IMG/VR virus record: IMGVR_UViG_3300032323_002596
Coordinates: 1-59,908 of that record
Length of the DNA stretch: 59,908 nt
Origin: a virus
Taxonomy: Duplodnaviria > Caudoviricetes
Strand: one strand, 5' to 3'
The translations under genes and the position numbers were made by a program. Below the pieces are notes generated by a model. The model saw only the letters and a program-made list of their open reading frames with translations, was not told the origin of the DNA and made no database searches. This document shows positions 1 to 10,113 of this stretch, one piece after another (the stretch's first letter is position 1; every line of letters begins with the position of its first letter).

Positions 1-147
1 CGCAGCCGTTGTTGTAGTTGTAGTAGGCGCAGCCGTTGTTGTAGTTGTAGTAGGCGCAGCCGTTGTTGTAGTTGTAGTAGGCGCAGCCGTTGTTGTAGTT
101 GTAGTAGGCGCAGCCGTTGTTGTTGTAGTAGTTGTTGTAGGCCCCGC
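1..147 (-). repeat. 27-bp coding tandem repeat (PTTTTTTAA)n
   Basis: CGCAGCCGTTGTTGTAGTTGTAGTAGG perfect at 1, 28, 55 and 82, then degenerate copies. Confidence 0.97.
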
Positions 148-3100
148 TGTGGTTGTAGTTGTTTCAGGTGCACAACAAGGTCCATATGAGTCAATTGTAA
201 ATGTTGCAGTTCCACCTAATGTGTTTCTTTGCACACAATTTGGAGAAGAACCAATAACTTCTGGCCCAAGTCCTACCGGTTGTGATTGTGCTGAACCATT
301 ACAATCTACATATGTTACATTTCCTGCTCCTGTTACTTCAATGTTTACAAATTGAACACAGTTACAAGGTATAGTTGTTGTAGTAGTAGTTGGAGCCGCT
401 GTTGTAGTGGTAGTCGTACTAGTTGTTGTTGTAGTCGTAGTAGTAGGCCCTGCTGTGGTAGTAGTTGATGTTGTAACTATATCATATCTATTTATCTCTT
501 CCATAGCAATAATATACTTATTAGTATAAGCATCAAAAACACCATATATGCAAGGGTTTCCTGTATATACCTGACCTTCAGGCACAATGCCATTATTCAA
601 CTCTTGCCTGTATTCTTGTGACAATGGAACAAAAAAAGCGTTTGTGCCATACAAGATACTTAATGGAGTAATTCCATCTTGACTTAATCTACATACAACA
701 CCCCTATAATTATCTACAAAATAATCAGAAAAATTATTCCAAGCCAAACTAGTGCCCGCATCACCAATACCATAATCTCCAGCGTAATACTGAATTTTAT
801 TAATTAACTGATCCGTATTTGCTTGCAATGGATTATTTGCACTGTCTTTTACAATCTGCGTTAAAATAGGCACATTTCCAACTTTGAATTTCTGATAAAC
901 TTTTAAATACCTATCTCTAACATGCAATCTAATTACATCTCCGAAACTTCTATCATACTCATCAAAATTTTCATACTTAAAATTATTAATCTGATTTATA
1001 TCTGTATTTACTTGATAAGCACCACCAAATCTAATTAGCGTTGGGAAGTAAGTTTTTTTAGCATTTACCTCAACTACAGAAGGCCTTCCATTACTATTTG
1101 TAACTAAATTGTATGTATCATTAAAGCTTTTTTCAATAATTCCAATAGATTTATCTTTTACTACATTAAAATCAAAATTCATTGGCTGAAGAACAAGAAT
1201 ATTAATACCAGTAGCGTCATTTGTGGAACTAGCAACTATCCAAACTTTACCCGATGGAGGGACTGCAAAACTTTTATCAATATCAAAAGTTACATTAAAA
1301 TTATTTGTAGTTGAGTTAAGAGAATTAACCTCTACAGGCAATAGTGAAACAGTATATTTTAAATTCAAAAAGGCTACATCTGTTAAAATTAATGCATAAA
1401 CAGAAAAAGTAGAATTACCACTTGTTGTAAATCTCAATGTCCCCTTTATTGAAAGTATCCTCTCGGCTGTACTTGATTTATTATAAAAAAAATATCCATC
1501 AGTAGCCCAAGTTGGCGCGCCAGCTCCGGTTATATCTACAGGAATATTTAATTGAGATTGTATCTTATATGCAGCATTATCTATTGTTCTTGGCACATTA
1601 ATAGGGAATGATTCAGATCTAGTTTCATTGGGGTCATTTGTATTTGTGTCAAATGAGGTAGAATTAAAATTATAACTATCCGAAAATGGTACTTTTCTAA
1701 GTCTATAAAACAAGTCTCCATTTGTAACAGGTATTGTTGCTCCCCCGTTTGGCAACTGTGTTAAGCCAAAATGGTATCTATTTTCCGTCCCTGGATTGCC
1801 TATTCCATATTGTTTACCAAATTCATAATAAAACCTCTGATTTGAATCTGCATTGGATGAATAATTATATACAAGTATTTCATAATGCTGAAAATCTGTT
1901 GTTCCAGGGAATTGGAAATTAGCACTTATATCAGCATCTGGGTATCTTATTTTTAAGAAATTACCATTAGCTGTATATGTATTTTTATCTGGAGCTATTG
2001 GCACAGGCCACTGTATGTTATATTCAAATGTAGATACGGTACCAACTATTTCATAATCATATTGTGGCAAATAAACTATCTCATTACTAACATTATATCT
2101 AGCAATAAATCTAATTCTATCTCCCTCTGTGTAATTATAGGAAACAACACCCTGTGTTGAACTTATAGCTTCATTATATGCCGCTATGTTATCAATTCCA
2201 ATATAAAAATATCTTGAATTATCTACATTATTCGTAATGCCAGCGTATGCAGACTCGCTTATCCAACACAATCTCTTATTGTAAGTAGTATTATTTGACC
2301 TTAAAACTTGATAATACGTAGCATATAATGGAGGCTTGTTCAGTATGCTTAAAGTTATTTGAGGATATTTTACAAGTGGCTGATCACTTGGCAAATTCGT
2401 AAAACTTGGGGTATTTATAGCACCTCCAATTTCTGTTTGCGCACCTATCGTTCTTCCTTGGGCATCAAAATATTGAATTGCATATTGATAACCCGAGTTC
2501 CATACATATGCAAAACTAGTATTATCATTACTCAATAAAGTTAATGTTTTAAATCCTACAGAGGTCAAAACAAACCCACTTGAATAATTCATAACCAATT
2601 TATTCCCAACCAATGATACTTGAGTATAACCTTTCAACACCATTGCAGCAGATATTCCAGCTAATATATCAGAAACCAAATATGAAGTTGTTAAACCTGA
2701 CGTTGTAAAAGATGTACTTAAATCTGTTCCATTTGATGCGAATGAATTTATATAATAACCACCTGCCGCATTATTTAATGTCGTAACCTCTCCACCTGTA
2801 TTTGTACCGGTACCATAAAGATATATACTCATTTGAGTACCAGGACCGCTATCAGTGCCATTTACCGTAGCAAGAAATAGCAAACCATTTTGATCATAAA
2901 AATAAGTATATGCATTTGGGGATGAATTAATACTTAAACTTACATTTGTTTTATCGTAACCCTCTGTAATTCCAGAATATAACAAAACATTACCATTTGC
3001 CAATTCTGCCGCATTTGCCTTTTGAGGTACATAATCTTGTAATTGGGAACTTTCAATAACATCTATTTGCGTATATACTGAATCATTGTAAAACTTATAA

Positions 3101-3966
3101 ATATAAATGATGTTATCTGATATATTAAGAAGCTGCTTATCAAAAGATTGTATTAAAAACCAATCGCTTGTTGAACCATTTGTTGTTTCTCTAAAACAAA
3201 GCTCAATAGCTTTTACATCTGGCCCACCAGTTGATAACAATACAGCTATTCTTGCATTATTTGTAGCAGTATTATCTGTAAGTGTTAATGATGGTTGCTG
3301 GGGTAATGGCACAATGCTTCTTGAACTCCACACAGATTTTTCATTGTTATCATAAACATATCTGTAAGAAAATTGAAATAATTTGTTTCTTAAATTATTA
3401 ATAGTTATAGTAGTATCATTTTCATAAACTACTTTTGGAGGCATTACCGGAGGAGCTTTGGCTACTAATATATATTCAAGCTTCCAGCTTGTACCATAAT
3501 TTCCAAGTACATTTATATTTTTTGGAGGATTAAAACCATCATTAAAAAATAAAATATCACCTTCTACATCCCTATAAAATATATTTACTGATAAAACTTT
3601 ATAAGATGGGTTAAAATTTAAAATATCAATACCATCACTATCTGTTTTGCTTTCTAATACCTTTGTTATTGTATCATTGCTTAAATCATAATACAAAATG
3701 CTATTATATCCATTACTATTCCAAAGAAAATAATACGCCCTATTTCTTACCCTATCGGCATAAAAACCAATAATTTTATTCGTACCAGCTGGCAGTGTGT
3801 ATGGTATTAAAGTGTTACCAAGAATATTTGATACTACTCTGTCCTGACCACGACCTTGCGCATCTTTTGTTATATTAAGCGCATCAATATAATCACCATT
3901 AGATATTCTATACTCGGCAACGTCTAAATTGAGCTTACCATTAAATGGGTTATTTATTATTGGCAT
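1..3966 (-). CDS. Tail stabilization/muzzle-type protein (crAss-like, P22 gp10-like), >1322 aa, 3'-truncated at window edge
   Basis: Absent from the ORF track because it has no stop. ATG at 3966: MPIINNPFNGKLNLDVAEYRISNGDYIDALNI…FFNDGFNPPKNIN…FQFSYRYVYDNNEKSVWS; follows the ring/tube genes; ends in Thr-rich repeats. Confidence 0.75.
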   Translation of the reverse strand, partial: MPIINNPFNGKLNLDVAEYRISNGDYIDALNITKDAQGRGQDRVVSNILGNTLIPYTLPAGTNKIIGFYADRVRNRAYYFLWNSNGYNSILYYDLSNDTITKVLESKTDSDGIDILNFNPSYKVLSVNIFYRDVEGDILFFNDGFNPPKNINVLGNYGTSWKLEYILVAKAPPVMPPKVVYENDTTITINNLRNKLFQFSYRYVYDNNEKSVWSSRSIVPLPQQPSLTLTDNTATNNARIAVLLSTGGPDVKAIELCFRETTNGSTSDWFLIQSFDKQLLNISDNIIYIYKFYNDSVYTQIDVIESSQLQDYVPQKANAAELANGNVLLYSGITEGYDKTNVSLSINSSPNAYTYFYDQNGLLFLATVNGTDSGPGTQMSIYLYGTGTNTGGEVTTLNNAAGGYYINSFASNGTDLSTSFTTSGLTTSYLVSDILAGISAAMVLKGYTQVSLVGNKLVMNYSSGFVLTSVGFKTLTLLSNDNTSFAYVWNSGYQYAIQYFDAQGRTIGAQTEIGGAINTPSFTNLPSDQPLVKYPQITLSILNKPPLYATYYQVLRSNNTTYNKRLCWISESAYAGITNNVDNSRYFYIGIDNIAAYNEAISSTQGVVSYNYTEGDRIRFIARYNVSNEIVYLPQYDYEIVGTVSTFEYNIQWPVPIAPDKNTYTANGNFLKIRYPDADISANFQFPGTTDFQHYEILVYNYSSNADSNQRFYYEFGKQYGIGNPGTENRYHFGLTQLPNGGATIPVTNGDLFYRLRKVPFSDSYNFNSTSFDTNTNDPNETRSESFPINVPRTIDNAAYKIQSQLNIPVDITGAGAPTWATDGYFFYNKSSTAERILSIKGTLRFTTSGNSTFSVYALILTDVAFLNLKYTVSLLPVEVNSLNSTTNNFNVTFDIDKSFAVPPSGKVWIVASSTNDATGINILVLQPMNFDFNVVKDKSIGIIEKSFNDTYNLVTNSNGRPSVVEVNAKKTYFPTLIRFGGAYQVNTDINQINNFKYENFDEYDRSFGDVIRLHVRDRYLKVYQKFKVGNVPILTQIVKDSANNPLQANTDQLINKIQYYAGDYGIGDAGTSLAWNNFSDYFVDNYRGVVCRLSQDGITPLSILYGTNAFFVPLSQEYRQELNNGIVPEGQVYTGNPCIYGVFDAYTNKYIIAMEEINRYDIVTTSTTTTAGPTTTTTTTTSTTTTTTAAPTTTTTTIPCNCVQFVNIEVTGAGNVTYVDCNGSAQSQPVGLGPEVIGSSPNCVQRNTLGGTATFTIDSYGPCCAPETTTTTAGPTTTTTTTTAAPTTTTTTAAPTTTTTTAAPTTTTTTAAPTTTTTTAA

Positions 3967-3972
3967 TTGTTA

Positions 3973-4743
3973 TTATGCTTTTACAGTCATTCTTTGAGTG
4001 TCTAAATTTTGTTCATATGCTTGCATTAGGTACAATGGCTTAAATTGAGCATTTGCTAATCTTCTTTGATTATAAAATTCTGATTTTCTATCTCTCTTGT
4101 CTCCCAAATTACCTCTTCTTGTAGTAGGCATATTCACTATATCTCTCCAAGCTAACCAAGCAAGCATAGCCTCTCTAAATTGAATTGGAATAGAAAATGT
4201 TTCTTCTGGATTACCACTAGATAAATATTCTATCATCAAATAAGAATAATAAAAATATTGATTTAAAAGAACCACTCCATTAGAATCATCAATATTAAAT
4301 TGACCTACAAACGGAGATCCACTTGGTAAGCCATAAATATTATTAAAACCATAACCATCCCAATAATTAAACCATACCGGCAAATCAGATTGATACCAAG
4401 CTGCCAGGGTATTGTCTTGTGTCAAAGCCAATCTATCCGGTTGCTGGTCTCCATAAAATGTCATTTTAGGATTAAATTTCAAAGGTATAATTTCTCCAAC
4501 TGAATTTAAAACCCCAATTTTAGTATAGCTAATATAATCGTTTGGCAATTGAGCCGTAAAATTAGTTGTGTCAATTGCAACTTTTACTGTTCTTATTTTA
4601 TAAAAAAAGTCAAGTCCTAATTTTTCCATACCACGAACAGCTATGTTGTATAGCTTCGCATACTTGTGGACTGATTGCTCACTTTCATCAATATAATCAT
4701 TGATTACTGAATCTAGTGTTATATAATTTCTAACTTGTGACAT
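3973..4743 (-). CDS. Putative tail tubular/ring protein
   Basis: 256 aa, just upstream of the stabilization gene; 'AQLPNDYISYTKIG' resembles phage ring/adaptor proteins; synteny. Confidence 0.55.
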   Translation of the reverse strand: MSQVRNYITLDSVINDYIDESEQSVHKYAKLYNIAVRGMEKLGLDFFYKIRTVKVAIDTTNFTAQLPNDYISYTKIGVLNSVGEIIPLKFNPKMTFYGDQQPDRLALTQDNTLAAWYQSDLPVWFNYWDGYGFNNIYGLPSGSPFVGQFNIDDSNGVVLLNQYFYYSYLMIEYLSSGNPEETFSIPIQFREAMLAWLAWRDIVNMPTTRRGNLGDKRDRKSEFYNQRRLANAQFKPLYLMQAYEQNLDTQRMTVKA

Positions 4744-4745
4744 TT

Positions 4746-5018
4746 TTAATTATTTGATAAGTAAGCTAATATATCATTATGTCGGATCAAAAAGTGCAAT
4801 TCATTATTTACAATGACAGGCTCTCCTGCTCCTTTTATGTGAAAAACAACGTCATCTTTCTTTGCTTCCATCTTAATTTTAGCAGTACCATTGCCTACAG
4901 AAACAACTTGTGCTTTACAATTTCTTTCTCTAAATCCTTCAGGCAAAAACAATCCGCCCTCTGTAACCTCTTCAGGTGCAAATGGTCTTACTAAAACAAA
5001 ATCTCTAATTGGTCTCAT
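4746..5018 (-). CDS. groES: Co-chaperonin GroES (Cpn10)
   Basis: MRPIRDFVLVRP…EEVTEGGLFLP…AQVVSVGNG…DDVVF…LIRHNDILA matches the Cpn10 pattern, including the mobile loop. Confidence 0.9.
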   Translation of the reverse strand: MRPIRDFVLVRPFAPEEVTEGGLFLPEGFRERNCKAQVVSVGNGTAKIKMEAKKDDVVFHIKGAGEPVIVNNELHFLIRHNDILAYLSNN

Positions 5019-5032
5019 ATGTTTTCTTAATT

Positions 5033-5659
5033 TTAATTATCTACGCCATCATTACTTTGATCTATTGGCCTTGATTTCTCAAAAGCTAATTGACCTTTAA
5101 TATATTCAATAATCATTGGCATGTAATCATCCGGAACTATTAACGTAGATGTTAAGTCAGTTGAATCACCACCACTAATCATTCTTAATGTTGCCTTATA
5201 GCTTGTCAAAGGTATAGAACTTTTTACATAAATATTCTTACCTTCAATCCAGTAAAGAATTTTATTTTGAATTGGTCTTAATTGCTCTTGATAAGCAACT
5301 TGATTCATGCTCAAAGGTATAGCCGTTTGCGATGTCTTTTTATCACCCACAAATTGCAACATTGCAACGCCCTCGTTTTTACCCAATGCGTATGGAATTA
5401 CCGGCAAATCAATGCTATAAGTAACAGTATCTACAGTTTCAGCATTAATATCTATATTGGTAAATGTAGTGTAAAACGAATTGTTTACATATGAAATACC
5501 GTCAATTTGAATATTGTCTGTGTAATTCTTTTTAACGGCCATACCAACAGCATCATTCAGCCATTGATTTACCAAATTAAAAGTAATATTTGAATCATCG
5601 GATGGTTGTCCGTTATATATCTGTCTTAATATCCTTTCTATAAGCGCATATCTAGTCAT
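5033..5659 (-). CDS. Putative structural (neck/ring) protein
   Basis: 208 aa in the post-capsid structural operon, coupled to the upstream gene (TAATG). Confidence 0.55.
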   Translation of the reverse strand: MTRYALIERILRQIYNGQPSDDSNITFNLVNQWLNDAVGMAVKKNYTDNIQIDGISYVNNSFYTTFTNIDINAETVDTVTYSIDLPVIPYALGKNEGVAMLQFVGDKKTSQTAIPLSMNQVAYQEQLRPIQNKILYWIEGKNIYVKSSIPLTSYKATLRMISGGDSTDLTSTLIVPDDYMPMIIEYIKGQLAFEKSRPIDQSNDGVDN

Positions 5660-6354
5660 TATTGTCCTGTTTGTGTTATTTGATTAGCATATTGCTGCAC
5701 CATACCATCTTTTAAGTTTAAACCAATTAACTTCAATGCACGCGTAATAATTTCCAATAAATCAACATCATCCCATACTGGCTGAACAGTACCCGTAGTA
5801 GGAGTAACTCCAGCACCTGTTTGGGTTGGAGCATAAACTGGCCTTCCGCTTACTGTTGTATATGCCCATACAATATCTGGTGCATTTTTAACATAAGTTA
5901 AAATAGCGCTACCAAGATTTTTTGGATAAAACTGAAATTTGTTTGGCTCTATTAAATAAATAGGATTAGTTACAACAGGATCAATTTCGCTATTATAATA
6001 AGAATATAAACTGTCTTGCTGAACAAATCTAACTCTTTTAAAATCAGGTGTAATTATTGCATCCGCTTGCAGATAATCAGCAGGATATGGTGCTTCCCCT
6101 GTAGTCGCATTAATAGTTAATGTAGATTCGGTAATCAAAGGAGTTAATCTCTGTCTTATATTTTCATTTTGGCTATAATTAACCCTAGCCTGTGGCCTTC
6201 CGTATTGATATTGCTGAAACTCACCCAATAAATAATCTTGATACGAAATCTGTGCTTGATTTATGACAAGATTAAATTCAGCTGGTGTCAAATAACCATT
6301 CTGCGCTTTATTAATCGCAAACTGGCAAATACGATACATGTCATTAACATTCAT
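5659..6354 (-). CDS. Putative head-tail connector/ring protein
   Basis: 231 aa; 'INKAQNGYLTPAEFNLVINQAQ' N-terminus resembles crAss-like ring proteins; synteny. Confidence 0.6.
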   Translation of the reverse strand: MNVNDMYRICQFAINKAQNGYLTPAEFNLVINQAQISYQDYLLGEFQQYQYGRPQARVNYSQNENIRQRLTPLITESTLTINATTGEAPYPADYLQADAIITPDFKRVRFVQQDSLYSYYNSEIDPVVTNPIYLIEPNKFQFYPKNLGSAILTYVKNAPDIVWAYTTVSGRPVYAPTQTGAGVTPTTGTVQPVWDDVDLLEIITRALKLIGLNLKDGMVQQYANQITQTGQ

Positions 6355-6371
6355 TGAAATAAGTTATATAA

Positions 6372-6379
6372 CAAATATA
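6372..6379 (-). promoter_or_regulatory. Bacteroidota sigma-ABfr -7 element (TATATTTG)
   Basis: Matches TAnnTTTG, 18 nt upstream of the ATG at 6354 and just after a terminator. Confidence 0.6.
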
Positions 6380-6381
6380 CG

Positions 6382-6413
6382 AAAAAGCCCCGTAATTTTT
6401 AGGCTACAGGGCT
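6382..6413 (-). terminator. Intrinsic terminator
   Basis: AGCCCTGTA-gcctaaaaat-TACGGGGCT followed by TTTT, downstream of the 297-aa gene. Confidence 0.65.
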
Positions 6414-6434
6414 ATTTTATTTAGAGGGGGAAGT

Positions 6435-7328
6435 TTATACCAATTTTTTCAATTGCTCTAAAAATGCCTTACTCTCGTCTTGAGGGAACATAGCAAAATC
6501 AACTAAATAAGTATGCGGCTTTTTGTCCGCTGGTATCTTGCAAATGAAGCCACCATTATTTGCCCAATAAGCTGATCCTTTCTTAGTTGTTGTATCAATC
6601 TTATTGTCAATCAATGCTTTTTTAACTATAAATGCAATTTCAACTTCTTTAGAACCAGCACTTTGCATAAACTTATTAGGTTGAGCTTCAGCGTAAAGTT
6701 CATAGTCGTTTCTTAATGCTTCCATAGATTTAGGCATACCTAAGTCATCTACAAACGAAATTCCCAAGAAATTACAATGTTTACGCATTTCTTCGTCAGA
6801 AGCTAATGAAGCGTACTTAATAGCCTCAACCTTAGCAACGCGTTTTGCCCTTTCAAGTTCAGCAGTTCTTTGTGGATTCCATTGGAAGAAAGTAACCTTT
6901 CTGGTTCCCTTTCTATTTGCATTATCTAAATTAGCATTACAAAGACTTAAAAACTCAAGTGCCTCAATATCATAATCAGCTACCCTTAAAACCCTACGGT
7001 CAAAAATTAAGCTTCTTCTGTTTTGTTCTACAAATGATTTTTCAAGTCCTTTTTGATCCTCTACCCAAATACTTGGATATCCTCTCAAAAGTCTAATTCT
7101 TTCCATTCTACCTTTCTTTTCATTCCAAACATCATCAATACCTTCCATATGGTATTTACCATTCTTCTTAGTATCTGATAATTTGAAAATCTTGAATGTA
7201 GTTCCGTTATTGGAAGCAGGGGCTAAATCAATGGCCTGAGCTGCTTCTTCATGTTGTCTTTGTACCTTTATTTCACCTTGTTGTGAAAAGTTAGCTTCCG
7301 CTAAACCTACTGCCTTTAAACGTGCCAT
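6435..7328 (-). CDS. Conserved protein downstream of major capsid gene
   Basis: 297 aa; occupies the post-MCP slot of crAss-like head modules; function not recognisable. Confidence 0.55.
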   Translation of the reverse strand: MARLKAVGLAEANFSQQGEIKVQRQHEEAAQAIDLAPASNNGTTFKIFKLSDTKKNGKYHMEGIDDVWNEKKGRMERIRLLRGYPSIWVEDQKGLEKSFVEQNRRSLIFDRRVLRVADYDIEALEFLSLCNANLDNANRKGTRKVTFFQWNPQRTAELERAKRVAKVEAIKYASLASDEEMRKHCNFLGISFVDDLGMPKSMEALRNDYELYAEAQPNKFMQSAGSKEVEIAFIVKKALIDNKIDTTTKKGSAYWANNGGFICKIPADKKPHTYLVDFAMFPQDESKAFLEQLKKLV

Positions 7329-7354
7329 AAAATGGTTTTAAAATGTTTAAAATA

Positions 7355-7385
7355 GGTAGGGACAATCAATAAAGTTGCCCCTACC
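7355..7385 (-). terminator. Stem-loop after major capsid gene (terminator or stabiliser)
   Basis: GGTAGGGGCAA-ctttattga-TTGTCCCTACC followed by TATTTT. Confidence 0.55.
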
Positions 7386-7408
7386 CGAATTATAATGTCC
7401 TAAATAGA

Positions 7409-8821
7409 CTAGCTACCTTGAACGATGATGAATTGGTTTGCTGCACAAACACGAGTACCACGGTAAGTGATCATCGCGATTTGATTAGTCATTGTACCAT
7501 CTGTTGGATTAGGAGATCCACCACCATATTGCCATACACGAATACCGTTACCAACAGTACCACCTTGAGGAGGTTGTTGATACATAATAGTGATATTCTT
7601 GTAAACTTGAGCGGTTTTAGCATCCTTAGTTTCTCCCATTGGATAGATTAAACCGAAATTACGGAAGTAATCATTTTGAGGAGTTAAACCAGTTGTAACC
7701 TCAGTGTTGAATTGAGAGTACTTCTTAACAGATAATAAATATCCATCAATGTAGATTTCTTGGAAACCATAAGCAACAGAAGCTTCTTTAGACTTCTCGC
7801 CTTGTCCATAAACGAAAGCACCAGCTGGGTAAGCAGCGAAGATACCATCAGAGAAATCTTGTCTTTGGAAGATGTCAGTTAACCAAGCAGATTGCTTAGC
7901 ACAACCGTTAACGTCCATGATACGAGTGATTTCATGTAATTTAGCGATATCTAATGTACCTGGAGTGTAACCAACAGTTTCACCGTCAGCAACTACTTTA
8001 GGGATGATACCTACTGAACCTTGAGAGTTAGAATCAATTGCGGCGTTGTTTTGTAAATCACCACGCATTAATTTAGCCTCTACGTTGTTCTTGAAACGTA
8101 CCAATGTTTTGTACATACCTTTGTAAGTGAAAGCTGTAACACCGTTTTGAGCCATATCTGGAGATACTGGGAACTCATAGTAAGTTTCAGCCATTTGCGC
8201 TAAGTCAGTGTTAGACCAACCATCGCGAATTTCAGTTACATAGTTGTCATATCTTTGATCCAATTGGATTAAAGGATTGATTGCTTGAGAAGCTTCACCA
8301 GCATCGGCATCACCACCGAATAATAAAACCTCACCTGCTAACAATTGATTTACGCCAGCAGAAGCAAATCTTTGACCAGTTTGCTTAGGAGCAACTTGGA
8401 AAGTCCATGCATAAGCTACGCTATCGTCAATAGAGATGATAACCCCTTCAATGTTAGAAGAAGCAACACGCAATGTTTCGTTAACTCTTAATGGAGTCTG
8501 AGTACCATTGTTGTAATAAGCTTCTTGTCCTAATGTTAAAGTTAAAGTAGCGCCAAGACCAGCTGAAACTGTAGATTCGTTTGTAACACCTGGCATTAAT
8601 TTACCACGGTTTTCAAACCAGAAGTAGTTTAAGTTTTTAACTTCTTCCATTCCGCTATGAGCAGCTAACCACCAAGTAAAATCTTCGTTGCCATACTTTT
8701 GAGTGTATTGCTTGTAGTACTGTGGAGTTAATAATTGTAGGTCAACCATAAGTTGCCTATTCTGGGTTTGCAACGAGATACTACCCGGTTGCAAAATATT
8801 TGAGGTAGGTATTCCTGCCAT
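7409..8821 (-). CDS. Major capsid protein
   Basis: 470 aa after the acidic scaffold; 'LNYFWFENRGKL' motif; strong high-expression codon bias (CGT, GGT, TTC, AAC, ATC). Confidence 0.85.
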   Translation of the reverse strand: MAGIPTSNILQPGSISLQTQNRQLMVDLQLLTPQYYKQYTQKYGNEDFTWWLAAHSGMEEVKNLNYFWFENRGKLMPGVTNESTVSAGLGATLTLTLGQEAYYNNGTQTPLRVNETLRVASSNIEGVIISIDDSVAYAWTFQVAPKQTGQRFASAGVNQLLAGEVLLFGGDADAGEASQAINPLIQLDQRYDNYVTEIRDGWSNTDLAQMAETYYEFPVSPDMAQNGVTAFTYKGMYKTLVRFKNNVEAKLMRGDLQNNAAIDSNSQGSVGIIPKVVADGETVGYTPGTLDIAKLHEITRIMDVNGCAKQSAWLTDIFQRQDFSDGIFAAYPAGAFVYGQGEKSKEASVAYGFQEIYIDGYLLSVKKYSQFNTEVTTGLTPQNDYFRNFGLIYPMGETKDAKTAQVYKNITIMYQQPPQGGTVGNGIRVWQYGGGSPNPTDGTMTNQIAMITYRGTRVCAANQFIIVQGS

Positions 8822-8869
8822 GATATTTTAGTTTTTGTTTTTAACGCCTCCTCCAAAGGCAATATCAAG

Positions 8870-10042
8870 TTACGAACTAAATGCCCACTCTGCTAGTCTC
8901 TGCCTTTCAGCTTCAACGCCACTAAGATCAGGTTTCGCTCCTTGAGGAGTTGCGGTTTGGTTGATGTTTATGTTCCCACTCTTTTTAAAATGAGCAAGCA
9001 ATCTTTGAGATGCCGCCTCATTTGCTATTTTTGAGAATATTTTATCACGGTTTTCTAACAGATATTTATCTGCCATAATTTGTTGAACATTTGGCTTACC
9101 ATCCTCGTTAAACCATCTGCCTTCAAAATAACTGTCCGTGTCAAAATCCTCTAATTGACTCTTCATTGCGCTTTTTTCTTCATCCCCCACATTAAATGAA
9201 ATCGGTATTTCAACATCCTCGTCTTTTACCGATACACTAAATCCGTTGAATGATTTAAAATCAGAGTCAAGTGTTTTTTCATAATTTGATCTAGCATATT
9301 GCATCATTTCATATTCTTCTTGAAATTGAGCTTGTCTGCCTGCCTCATTATAAATATCTGGTAATTGAATTTCACTTTTCAATTTTGCCAATTCAGATCT
9401 AGTTGTTTTAGCCTCAATCATCAACTTCCTTTCGGTATAGTCAACTTGAGCCTCCCAATTCTTTACCTTGTTAGCATAATCTTCATCAGTTTCATCAAAT
9501 CCCTGTTCTGGTTTTAAAGGTACGAAAAATTTATCATAAAATAAAAGTTCCACCTCTTCTTCATTTAACTCCTTGTGTTTTTGTCTAAGATTTTCTTTTA
9601 CAACTTCAATGGCTAATTCAGTATCTAATTCAGCAGTAGTCAATCTTTCTAGTTTTTTCTGCTGATTTAAAACTTGATACACATCGTCTGCTTTGCCTTC
9701 TTTAATTGCATCAAACAATGTTTTACTTACATCGTCCTTAAACTCAAAACTAGGCTCTTCTTTAAGCCTTCTAAATTGATTTTCAGCCTCTTCAACGCTT
9801 TCAAAGCCAAACCTTTCTCTTACAAATTCATTTGGATCAAATGACTGAGAGCTGTTTTGTTGCTCTGATTGTTCCGGTTGCTGTTCCGGTTGAGCCGTAA
9901 CTTGTTCGTTACTTGACTCATTTGTAGCAGTAGGGGTTACATCTACCGCTGTTTGTTGTTGTAACACAACATCTTCATCCCCGAAAGGATTGTAACCTTC
10001 TGCCAGCGTAATTGGTGCTGACATGTCTGTATTCTCTGGCAT
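8870..10042 (-). CDS. Putative capsid scaffolding protein
   Basis: 390 aa, very acidic and coiled-coil-like, directly upstream of MCP. Confidence 0.65.
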   Translation of the reverse strand: MPENTDMSAPITLAEGYNPFGDEDVVLQQQTAVDVTPTATNESSNEQVTAQPEQQPEQSEQQNSSQSFDPNEFVRERFGFESVEEAENQFRRLKEEPSFEFKDDVSKTLFDAIKEGKADDVYQVLNQQKKLERLTTAELDTELAIEVVKENLRQKHKELNEEEVELLFYDKFFVPLKPEQGFDETDEDYANKVKNWEAQVDYTERKLMIEAKTTRSELAKLKSEIQLPDIYNEAGRQAQFQEEYEMMQYARSNYEKTLDSDFKSFNGFSVSVKDEDVEIPISFNVGDEEKSAMKSQLEDFDTDSYFEGRWFNEDGKPNVQQIMADKYLLENRDKIFSKIANEAASQRLLAHFKKSGNININQTATPQGAKPDLSGVEAERQRLAEWAFSS

Positions 10043-10070
10043 AAATGCTGATTTGGTTTCTATTTTATAT

Positions 10071-10098
10071 TAGAGCACACCTATATTGATGTGCTCTA
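10071..10098. other. Intergenic stem-loop
   Basis: TAGAGCACA-cctatattga-TGTGCTCTA. Confidence 0.55.
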
Positions 10099-10113
10099 TT
10101 TTATTTAATTATA

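Noticed and set aside
1-147. 27-bp repeats as a CRISPR array
   Set aside because: Units are contiguous with no spacers and are in frame in a Thr-rich coding region; no cas genes are present
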